Source of the DNA: a virus
Lineage: Duplodnaviria > Caudoviricetes
IMG/VR virus record: IMGVR_UViG_3300005937_000001
Span: 1-64,000 of that record
Direction: 5' to 3' (one strand)
DNA: 64,000 bases
How positions within the stretch are numbered: position 1 is the stretch's first letter; every line of letters starts with the position of its first letter. Shown here piece by piece: positions 8,946 through 15,982 of this stretch. A program made the translations under genes and the position numbers. The notes under the pieces are model-generated. The model saw only the letters and a program-made list of their open reading frames with translations, was not told where the DNA came from and did no database searches.

Positions 8946-10401
8946 GGACCTGACGTCTCGGGTTGCTGACACACAGTACGGCGAGATCGAACTTGCCGAA
9001 GCGCTTAGAAATTTCTGGCACTATCGCATTTTGATGAACCCACGTCTGCGCTTGCAGAACATGTGGTTCCCGCGCATGCTCGCGACCAAGCTGCGCACAT
9101 TCTATAACGATTTCAAGGCCGGCAAGAAGCCGGTGATGCTGTTGTGCACGCCGCCACAGCACGGCAAGTCGCTCAGCGTAATCGACTTCATTGCCTGGTG
9201 CGTTGGTCACGATCCAGAGCTGCGCGTGATCTACAGCTCGTTCTCGGATCGCCTCGGTATCCGCGCAAACTTGCGCATGCAGCGCGCGCTTGACAGCAAA
9301 CTCTATCGTCTATTGTTTCCGAATACGCGGCTCAACGACAAGCACATCGTCACCATCGCCGAGCGATCGCTACGCAATCACGACGTCTTAGAGTTCGTTG
9401 GGCATGAGGGCTACTTCCGCAACACGACGGTGCTAGGCTCGATCACTGGTGAAGCGCTCGACCTGGCCGTGATCGATGATCCGATCAAAGGACGTGCTGA
9501 AGCGCAGTCGGAGCTGCAGCGCGAGAAGACCTGGAACTGGATGACCGATGACGTGCTCTCGCGCTTCTCTGAGCACGCTGGCATGATCATGATCATGACG
9601 CGTTGGCACGTCGATGATCCCGCGGGCAGGATGATCGAGCACTTCGGCAAGCACGTGACCGTGGTGCGCTTCCCTGCTCTCGCCGAGCACGATGAGCTGT
9701 ATCGTAGAGCAGGCGCGCCGCTGTTTCCTCAGCTCAAGTCGCTCGAGTTTTTGCTTGAGCGCAAGAAGCTCTACACGCAAGCATCGTGGGAAGCACTCTA
9801 TCAGCAGAACCCGTTTATCGTTGGCGGTGGCATCTTCCCGATCGACAAGCTGGTGCCGCTGCAGGTGATGGATCGTTCGCGCATCTTGAAGAGCGTGCGC
9901 TTCTGGGACAAGGCTGCGACCGAAGATGGTGGTGCGTTCACTGCTGGCGCACTGCTGCACATGACGAAAGATAATCGCTTCATCATCGAGCATTGTGTGC
10001 GTGGTCAGTGGTCGTCGCTTGATCGCGAGGAGCGCATCAAGTTCTGGGCCGAGCATGATCGCAACAACAGCCGGCCAGGCGCGTATGAGGTGGGCGTTGA
10101 GCAGGAGCCAGGAAGCGGCGGCAAGGAAAGCGCGGAGAGCACGATCCGCAACCTTCGTGGCTTCAAGGTCTACGCGGACAAGGTCACGGGTTCGAAAGAG
10201 GTACGAGCCGAGCCGTTCGCTGCGCAGGTGCAAGGCGGCAACGTCTACATCGTCGCCGGCAACTACCAAGTTGATCTGCTTGATGAGATGGTGTCGTTCC
10301 CTAACGGCAAATATCGCGACCAAGTTGACGCTTGTTCGGGGGCGTTCAACCGACTAATCTCTGGGCCGGTGTACAACCTGTTCGGAGGCGCGGTTGATTG
10401 A
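8905..10401 (+). CDS. terL: terminase large subunit
   Basis: Walker A PPQHGKS, Walker B AVIDDPIKG, coupling motif IMTRWHVDD, nuclease WDKAAT...EQEPGSGGK...DQVDACSGAF. Confidence 0.95.
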   Translation: MKRTMLHKPTTIHEDLTSRVADTQYGEIELAEALRNFWHYRILMNPRLRLQNMWFPRMLATKLRTFYNDFKAGKKPVMLLCTPPQHGKSLSVIDFIAWCVGHDPELRVIYSSFSDRLGIRANLRMQRALDSKLYRLLFPNTRLNDKHIVTIAERSLRNHDVLEFVGHEGYFRNTTVLGSITGEALDLAVIDDPIKGRAEAQSELQREKTWNWMTDDVLSRFSEHAGMIMIMTRWHVDDPAGRMIEHFGKHVTVVRFPALAEHDELYRRAGAPLFPQLKSLEFLLERKKLYTQASWEALYQQNPFIVGGGIFPIDKLVPLQVMDRSRILKSVRFWDKAATEDGGAFTAGALLHMTKDNRFIIEHCVRGQWSSLDREERIKFWAEHDRNNSRPGAYEVGVEQEPGSGGKESAESTIRNLRGFKVYADKVTGSKEVRAEPFAAQVQGGNVYIVAGNYQVDLLDEMVSFPNGKYRDQVDACSGAFNRLISGPVYNLFGGAVD

Positions 10402-10994
10402 TGGCGTACCTACGCAGTAAAAAATGTCTGGTGTGCAAGAAGCTCGTGTATGCCAGGAATTTTTGTAGAAAGCATTACGAGTACAATCGAAAATACGGTG
10501 ACCCCTACATCAGGCCACCGATAGGAGCGCCACGAAAGGGTGGGTTGAGTTGGGTCAAGCAGCATGTGAATTATCGTGGTCGACGTTGTTTGCTTTGGCC
10601 GTTTCCAAGAAGTGGATCAGGTTATGGTCAAGTGCGAACTGAAGAAGGGAGACGAATAGGCGCTCACGTGTTCATGTGTGAATTAGTGAACGGTTCAGCG
10701 CCTTCGGATCAATATGAGGCATCACATCTGTGCGGACGTGGGAAGTTAGGGTGCGTGCACCCCAAACATGTGATTTGGGAAACTCCGTCCGAGAACAATT
10801 TGCGTAAAAGAAAACATGGGACAGATTTTCGTGGCGAGCGCGGTACGAATGTCAAGTTGACAAATGCTGACGTGATTGAGATTCGAAAACGAGTAGCTGC
10901 CAAAGAAGTGCAATGGAAAATTGGAATGGACTATGGAGTAGGCAGTCGGGCGATTTCTAAAATCGCAACTCGGGTTACGTGGCGGCATATATGA
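10401..10994 (+). CDS. free-standing HNH / zinc-binding-loop homing endonuclease
   Basis: CLVC...FCRKHY N-terminal motif; CLLWPF...GYG...AHVFMC...SHLCG...GCVHPKHVIWETPSEN; lower GC than its neighbours. Confidence 0.85.
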   Translation: MAYLRSKKCLVCKKLVYARNFCRKHYEYNRKYGDPYIRPPIGAPRKGGLSWVKQHVNYRGRRCLLWPFPRSGSGYGQVRTEEGRRIGAHVFMCELVNGSAPSDQYEASHLCGRGKLGCVHPKHVIWETPSENNLRKRKHGTDFRGERGTNVKLTNADVIEIRKRVAAKEVQWKIGMDYGVGSRAISKIATRVTWRHI

Positions 10995-11143
10995 CTGAGC
11001 GCGTCGAGGTGTTCAAGCGGGTCATGGATCGCTTTCTGGCTGATCTCCTCGATGGTAAGGTCAGTGATGAAGAGGTCGACGCAGTGCTGCGTGCGCTTCA
11101 CCATCTGCAACGCCTGCTGAAAGAGCACGGGGTTGTGCATTGA
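10991..11143 (+). CDS. hypothetical protein, 50 aa (not in ORF track)
   Basis: MTERVEVFKRVMDRFLADLLDGKVSDEEVDAVLRALHHLQRLLKEHGVVH; ATGA-coupled to the HNH gene. Confidence 0.6.
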   Translation: MTERVEVFKRVMDRFLADLLDGKVSDEEVDAVLRALHHLQRLLKEHGVVH

Positions 11144-11148
11144 GCTAC

Positions 11149-11352
11149 ATGACCAAGATGCAACCGTTTTGTCCGTGGTGCCACAGGGAGAGTGGCAATA
11201 CCGTTGTGGTTGACTTTCCCAACCCACCGATCGTGCAGACAGTTGATCTGATCTGTGCCGAGTGTGCGTGCGAGTTCACGCTACGCGTCGCGCACGATGG
11301 CATGAACACGATGCAACGAATGGTGCGCGTGCACGATCTCAAGCTGCTATGA
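11149..11352 (+). CDS. small zinc-finger protein
   Basis: FCPWCH...LICAECACEF. Confidence 0.6.
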   Translation: MTKMQPFCPWCHRESGNTVVVDFPNPPIVQTVDLICAECACEFTLRVAHDGMNTMQRMVRVHDLKLL

Positions 11353-11570
11353 TGTCAAAGCTCGATACGATGACCGTCGGTGAGGCGATGGACGAGTTCA
11401 TCGAGCATCTAAGAATTGAGATCGCCGATGGCACGCTCACTAAGGATGAAGAGGAGCTGCTGCTAAAGCTGCTCGACGCGCCGAGAGGCGAGAAGCTCAC
11501 GCAAGCGCAACGCGATCAGCCATTCGTGGAGTTCGTTGCAGAATGCCTACGCAAGCAGAACGAGCACTGA
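11349..11570 (+). CDS. hypothetical protein
   Basis: ATGA coupling; acidic helical sequence. Confidence 0.6.
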   Translation: MMSKLDTMTVGEAMDEFIEHLRIEIADGTLTKDEEELLLKLLDAPRGEKLTQAQRDQPFVEFVAECLRKQNEH

Positions 11571-11776
11571 CGGACGAAGAGATACTTGATCGGATCAGCA
11601 AAATGACGCTCGCTGAAGCACTCAAGTTTCTCGATGATGAGCAAGACAAGATTAAGCAAAAGATGGCCAACACTCTGATCGAGATACGCAGAAATTGTCG
11701 ATCAGATTTTGCGGATCGAGTAGAGAAGCACATGCTGGAGAATGATCTGCTCCCGCGTGGACCGAAAGCGAATTGA
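11543..11776 (+). CDS. hypothetical protein, coiled-coil
   Basis: ORF track; helical EEILDRISKMTLAEALKFLD. Confidence 0.55.
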   Translation: MPTQAERALTDEEILDRISKMTLAEALKFLDDEQDKIKQKMANTLIEIRRNCRSDFADRVEKHMLENDLLPRGPKAN

Positions 11777-11994
11777 TGTTGCGGCGTCGCTTCCTGGTTG
11801 GGTTAAGTGCGTTGCTATGCGCGCCGGCGATCGTGCGCTTCGAAAGCATCATGCCGGTGCGCGCGATCGTGATGCCATTCAGTGGACCGGTGCTTGAGGT
11901 GATTGGCATCGATGGTGAGATAGAAAAATTGACCGCGGTCGACGAGACCACGGTCAAGAAGATACTTAACGCCCAACTTGTTTTTGTTCGCTAG
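11776..11994 (+). CDS. small protein with twin-arginine (Tat-like) signal
   Basis: LRRRFLVGLSALLCAPAIVR...IMPVR. Confidence 0.65.
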   Translation: MLRRRFLVGLSALLCAPAIVRFESIMPVRAIVMPFSGPVLEVIGIDGEIEKLTAVDETTVKKILNAQLVFVR

Positions 11995-12140
11995 CGCTGC
12001 CGTTGCATGGCTTCGTCGCGCGCCTTCTGTGCCTCTCGCTCTTGCTGCAGCTGCTCTGCAGTCTTTGGGTTGCCTGGGTGCTGTGGGTTAGGATTTGGCG
12101 GCTTCTGATCTTCCGCCTCTTGATCCTTCTTCTCGGCCAT
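11991..12140 (-). CDS. 49-aa hydrophilic microprotein (not in ORF track)
   Basis: MAEKKDQEAEDQKPPNPNPQHPGNPKTAEQLQQEREAQKARDEAMQRQR*; GAGAGG RBS upstream on the - strand. Confidence 0.6.
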   Translation of the reverse strand: MAEKKDQEAEDQKPPNPNPQHPGNPKTAEQLQQEREAQKARDEAMQRQR

Positions 12141-12380
12141 TGTCGCCTCTCAGGTTGACGCCCTGGTGGCAATACAATTCACTGGAGCTTGACCAGTTCC
12201 ATGAAACGATCTGAGCGCATTCAGCGACTGCTGCGTGCAGCTAGCACCAGGACGTCTTACCGCTATGCGGTCGGTGGTCGATTGAAAACGCGAGACAAGC
12301 CGCGCGCAGTCACCTTGCGCTATGGCTACACTGAACAGGGGCCGACCGGACCCCTTTGCTCAATCTGCGAGGAGAGAACG

Positions 12381-12746
12381 ATGCCGATCACCATTACAGG
12401 CGACATGACGCAGGACGAAGTTGATCAGGCAATGATCAACGACTTGAACGACCTGCTTGTCAGCAACGCACCTGGCACTCTGATCCAAATCTCACATAGT
12501 CAGATCGAGCGCATTCTCGAATTGCTCGGCGACAAGGGCAAAAAGAAAGAGATCAAATCGGAGGTGAAAGCCGCGGCACGTGCTGCGGCGCCAGCAGCGC
12601 AAAGCACCGAGCCGAAGAAGACGCGGGCCCAGCTCAATGAGATGACCAAGGAAGAGCTGGTCGAGTACGCCGATGATCACGACATCGATGTGACGCCGAG
12701 CTGGCCCAAGGCTGACATTGTCGACGCCATCGTCAAGCACAAATGA
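12381..12746 (+). CDS. protein with C-terminal Rho-N/HeH-like helix-extended-helix domain
   Basis: LNEMTKEELVEYADDHDIDVTPSWPKADIVDAI; GGAG RBS before ATG 12381. Confidence 0.7.
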   Translation: MPITITGDMTQDEVDQAMINDLNDLLVSNAPGTLIQISHSQIERILELLGDKGKKKEIKSEVKAAARAAAPAAQSTEPKKTRAQLNEMTKEELVEYADDHDIDVTPSWPKADIVDAIVKHK

Positions 12747-12967
12747 CGCACGCCGCGATCGACAGCAACCTCTGCCGTGCGTTGCATTTCTCGATGCACC
12801 GTGTCGATCAGCTGCGCATGAAGCTTAATATGAGTGAGCCGCTCAACGTGCTCGAAGAGTTCTTGATGCGACGCGCGCTACTGCGTGCCCGCTACGCCAT
12901 GCAGCAGAGCAACGAGGTTGAAGCGATGCGCATGCTCAGGGTGCTCAAACGATTTGAGCAACCTTGA
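12743..12967 (+). CDS. hypothetical protein
   Basis: ATGA coupling. Confidence 0.55.
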   Translation: MTHAAIDSNLCRALHFSMHRVDQLRMKLNMSEPLNVLEEFLMRRALLRARYAMQQSNEVEAMRMLRVLKRFEQP

Positions 12968-13301
12968 TGTGGTTAAGAAAGCGTTTGAAAATGGGGCTTG
13001 GCGCAACTGGCTGCTGGGCATTGTCGGGACCATCATCGCCTCGCTGTTAGTGAGCAACATCGCTTTCCAACGCGAGATGCGCATGCACATCGCCACTAAC
13101 GAGCAGCGCATCAAGCAGCTCGAACTGCGTGACGAAAACATCATCAAGTTCATGCAGCAGCGTGCAGATGAGCAGATCAAGTTTCGCGACGATCTGATCC
13201 AACGCTTAGAGCGGCGTATCGAGCGGCTGGAGGCGCAGCAGGGCTACAAGCTACAGAGCGACGAAACCAAGCCGTGGCCTGACCCACCTGATCCGAAGTG
13301 A
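12954..13301 (+). CDS. membrane protein, one TM helix plus coiled coil
   Basis: WLLGIVGTIIASLLVSNIAF followed by heptad-like RIKQLE...RIERLE; start uncertain. Confidence 0.6.
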   Translation: MSNLDVVKKAFENGAWRNWLLGIVGTIIASLLVSNIAFQREMRMHIATNEQRIKQLELRDENIIKFMQQRADEQIKFRDDLIQRLERRIERLEAQQGYKLQSDETKPWPDPPDPK

Positions 13302-13307
13302 GGCCAC

Positions 13308-13436
13308 ATGCGCGATTGGCAGAAGCAAGAACAGATCGCTATTTGGGCCATGATCACGGTCGTGCTCACGCTGCTGGGCTTGGCGTTGTATGGCTATCTC
13401 ACCGGCGCGTGGGAACCGCCACCGAACGCGACATGA
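13308..13436 (+). CDS. 42-aa single-TM peptide (not in ORF track)
   Basis: MRDWQKQEQIAIWAMITVVLTLLGLALYGYLTGAWEPPPNAT; GAGG RBS; ATGA coupling downstream. Confidence 0.6.
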   Translation: MRDWQKQEQIAIWAMITVVLTLLGLALYGYLTGAWEPPPNAT

Positions 13437-13618
13437 TGTGGATCGTGCATCGCGTTGTTAAAGATGATCGCTCATCGACTGGATCACGCTTGCAGTCGAT
13501 TGGCTGGATCAAGGCCGAGACCGATGAAGAGGCGAAAGACAAAGCACGCAAGGTCTTTGGCACCTCGTTGAAGCTTGTTCGTGTCAGTGACAAAGAACGC
13601 GATTGGGGTTGGTTGTGA
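13433..13618 (+). CDS. hypothetical protein, 61 aa
   Basis: MMWIVHRVV...IKAETDEEAKDKARKVFG. Confidence 0.55.
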   Translation: MMWIVHRVVKDDRSSTGSRLQSIGWIKAETDEEAKDKARKVFGTSLKLVRVSDKERDWGWL

Positions 13619-13731
13619 ATTTTGATAATTGGAACGCGGTCAGCAAGCGCATTGTCATCGGATTGATGGTGGCGTTCAGCGTGGCGATGATCTTTCTGTT
13701 CTTAGCGTTGGCGTTCACAAATGGTGACTGA
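13615..13731 (+). CDS. 38-aa single-TM peptide (not in ORF track)
   Basis: GTG start; IVIGLMVAFSVAMIFLFLALAF; stop overlaps the portal ATG. Confidence 0.5.
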   Translation: MNFDNWNAVSKRIVIGLMVAFSVAMIFLFLALAFTNGD

Positions 13732-15230
13732 TGGCATCACTGCTGCAATTTCCGCGCATACGCTTTCCGTTTCAGGATAGCTTCAAGAACCTGCTCGCCG
13801 GCTTCGGCATGCCTGGTCGCGACAAAGCCGCGACGCAGCAGTTCACGCTCAACCTGCTCGATCCAGTGCAATTGCACAACGCCTACCGCGGCGACTGGGT
13901 GAGCAGGAAGATTTGCGACATACCGCCGTTCGATGCATGCCGCGCCTGGCGTGAATGGCAAGCCGAGCAGGACCAGATCGAAAAGATTGAGAAGGCTGAG
14001 AAGGACTTCAACCTGCAGCACAAGCTGATGTGGACGCTATCGAAGGCGCGTCTCTACGGCGGCGCTGTGATGGTGATGGGGATTGAAGGCCAGAAGTTCG
14101 AGGATGAACTGGACGTTGAAAGCGTAGGCGAGGGCGATCTCAAGTTCATTCACTGCGTAACACGTTGGCAGATCAGCGCGGGCCCGTTGATGCGCGACAT
14201 CACCAGCCCATGGTTCGGTGAGCCAACCTACTACTACCGCACTAACTCACCAGTGCCCGATCCGCCTGGTGGCGTGCAGCCACCCGAGGGATCGAGCTTG
14301 GGTCATCAACCTGGTCAAGACCTGTGGATACATCCAAGCCGTGTCGTGCGCCTGATTGGCCTCGACTATCCCGACTGGGAGCAGGCGCCCGATCAGTGGG
14401 GCGACAGCGCGCTGCAGCCAGTGTTCGACGCCATCGCCAACGCTGGCCTGGTCTCCAGCTCGATTGCGCACATGATCAGCGAAGCCAAGCTCGATGTGAT
14501 CAAGGTGCCTGGCTTGATGGAGATGTTGTCGACCACCGAGGGTAGCTCGAAGGTGCTCGATCGCTTCAGCCAGGGCAATGCCGCGAAGAGTGTCGTCAAT
14601 GCCACGCTGCTCGACAGCACCGAGGAGTGGGAACGCATCCAGATCGCGTTCGCCGGCATGGACAACGTCATGTCGATGTACTTGATGATCGCAGCGGGGG
14701 CTGCGGATATCCCCGCGACGCGCTTGCTTGGACGCGCGCCCGCGGGAGAGAATGCGACTGGCGAAAGCGACATGCGCAACTACTATGATCGCCTGCAGGC
14801 CGATCAGAAGGTACGCATTCAGCCGGCACTCGCGCGCCTCGATGAGGTGCTGCTGCGCCACGTGTTCGGCGATCGCGACGAGGACATCTACTACGAATGG
14901 TCGCCGCTCTGGCAGCTCGACGAAGAGCAGAAGGCCGCGGTCGCGCTCGCGAAAGCGCAGGCACACAAGATCGACGTCGATGCTGGCCTGATCAATCCCG
15001 AGGTGTTGCGTGAAGCGCGCGCTAATCAACTGATCGAGGATGGGTTCTATCCTGGCATCGAGGCAGCGATCGACGAGTACGAGCTTGAGCCCGACGAGGA
15101 AGATGAACAAGCTCACGCTGCGCTCGATCTGAAACTGAAAGAGCAGACACTCACCAATCTGAAAAAGCCGCAGCCAATGCAGAAGCCTGGTGCGGCGCCG
15201 AGGCCTAAGCTGGCCTCGTTGCAGAAGTAA
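13731..15230 (+). CDS. portal protein (DUF1073 type)
   Basis: DSFKNLLAGFG..GRDK, AYRGDWVSRKICDIPPFDACRAWRE, ARLYGG, IHPSRVVR, AGAADIPATRLLG, SDMRNYYD; between terL and MuF. Confidence 0.9.
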   Translation: MASLLQFPRIRFPFQDSFKNLLAGFGMPGRDKAATQQFTLNLLDPVQLHNAYRGDWVSRKICDIPPFDACRAWREWQAEQDQIEKIEKAEKDFNLQHKLMWTLSKARLYGGAVMVMGIEGQKFEDELDVESVGEGDLKFIHCVTRWQISAGPLMRDITSPWFGEPTYYYRTNSPVPDPPGGVQPPEGSSLGHQPGQDLWIHPSRVVRLIGLDYPDWEQAPDQWGDSALQPVFDAIANAGLVSSSIAHMISEAKLDVIKVPGLMEMLSTTEGSSKVLDRFSQGNAAKSVVNATLLDSTEEWERIQIAFAGMDNVMSMYLMIAAGAADIPATRLLGRAPAGENATGESDMRNYYDRLQADQKVRIQPALARLDEVLLRHVFGDRDEDIYYEWSPLWQLDEEQKAAVALAKAQAHKIDVDAGLINPEVLREARANQLIEDGFYPGIEAAIDEYELEPDEEDEQAHAALDLKLKEQTLTNLKKPQPMQKPGAAPRPKLASLQK

Positions 15231-15256
15231 TCTGTCGACGCTCCTCGGCTCGGTAG

Positions 15257-15718
15257 TTGTTCCCCCGACCCCGCCCCGCGGCGCCCGACGATGCCGAGTG
15301 GCTCCGGCTGGGCCCCAACACCGGCGCGGCCTCAGACCGGAGCTGCTCTGGTGAATGGACACACACTCTGGTCTGCGGCGTTCTTCCTGATGACGCTGCT
15401 CGCGGTAATGATCGGCTATTACGATCTGATCTTCGCTGTGATCTTTTGGACGATCGCAACCTTGATCTTGATCACGTTACGACCGGAGTAAGGCCAACGC
15501 GCACAGTCGAATACGTTGTAACGCTTGGTGTCGACTACGCCGACAATCGCGCACCCACGCGCATCATTTACGAACTGTTCCGCGGTGATCCTGACGAATG
15601 CATGCAGCTGATGTATCGCGTCTCAACGCCAAGCGACGATCGTCGCTCAATCACGCATTGGTGGATGCAGTACGGGCCGGCAGTCGATTGGGAAGCATTC
15701 ATCAGCTCGCAGACTTGA
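15257..15718 (+). CDS. hypothetical protein; probably only the 3' part is coding, start uncertain
   Basis: C-terminal half (EYVVTLGVDY...HWWMQYGP) looks protein-like; the 5' part overlaps a GC-rich structured region. Confidence 0.4.
   Translation: MFPRPRPAAPDDAEWLRLGPNTGAASDRSCSGEWTHTLVCGVLPDDAARGNDRLLRSDLRCDLLDDRNLDLDHVTTGVRPTRTVEYVVTLGVDYADNRAPTRIIYELFRGDPDECMQLMYRVSTPSDDRRSITHWWMQYGPAVDWEAFISSQT
15351..15491 (+). CDS. 46-aa two-TM membrane peptide
   Basis: GGAG upstream of GTG; LWSAAFFLMTLLAVMIGYYDLIFAVIFWTIATLILITL. Confidence 0.55.
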   Translation: MNGHTLWSAAFFLMTLLAVMIGYYDLIFAVIFWTIATLILITLRPE

Positions 15719-15763
15719 GGTCCTCCCTGAACTTGGCTGCGCGCCAATGCGCGGCTCTTTCTG

Positions 15764-15982
15764 ATGATCCTCAAGCTCACCGATCCTGATGGCGGTCCAA
15801 TCTGGATCGTTGCTCGCTGGGTGACGCAGCTCAAGTTGCCGCCCCGCGGTCAATACTCCGAGCATGCGCGCACGCTTATCGTGCTTGGTGCACGCGAACA
15901 GGCTGTGCGCGAAACGCCTGAGGAGATCGTCAAGCTTTTGAAGGACAACGATGACGCTGGCGCAACTGTTCGACGCGCATAA
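15764..15982 (+). CDS. FlbD-like small phage protein
   Basis: MILKLTDPDGGPIWI...TLIVL...AVRETPEEIVKLL pattern. Confidence 0.6.
   Translation: MILKLTDPDGGPIWIVARWVTQLKLPPRGQYSEHARTLIVLGAREQAVRETPEEIVKLLKDNDDAGATVRRA

Noticed and set aside
12155-12178. Sigma70 promoter TTGACG...TACAAT on the + strand
   Set aside because: Spacer is only 12 nt
12189-12380. N-terminal extension of the Rho-N-like ORF
   Set aside because: A better RBS and ATG at 12381; the upstream part overlaps the divergent promoter region and may be a remnant
12954-13301. Holin or lysis cassette
   Set aside because: TM plus coiled-coil protein only; no endolysin or spanin pair recognised nearby
13731-15230. Anti-CBASS Acb1 label sometimes attached to DUF1073 proteins
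   Set aside because: No HxT/HxS 2H-phosphoesterase motifs seen; position and motifs indicate a plain portal
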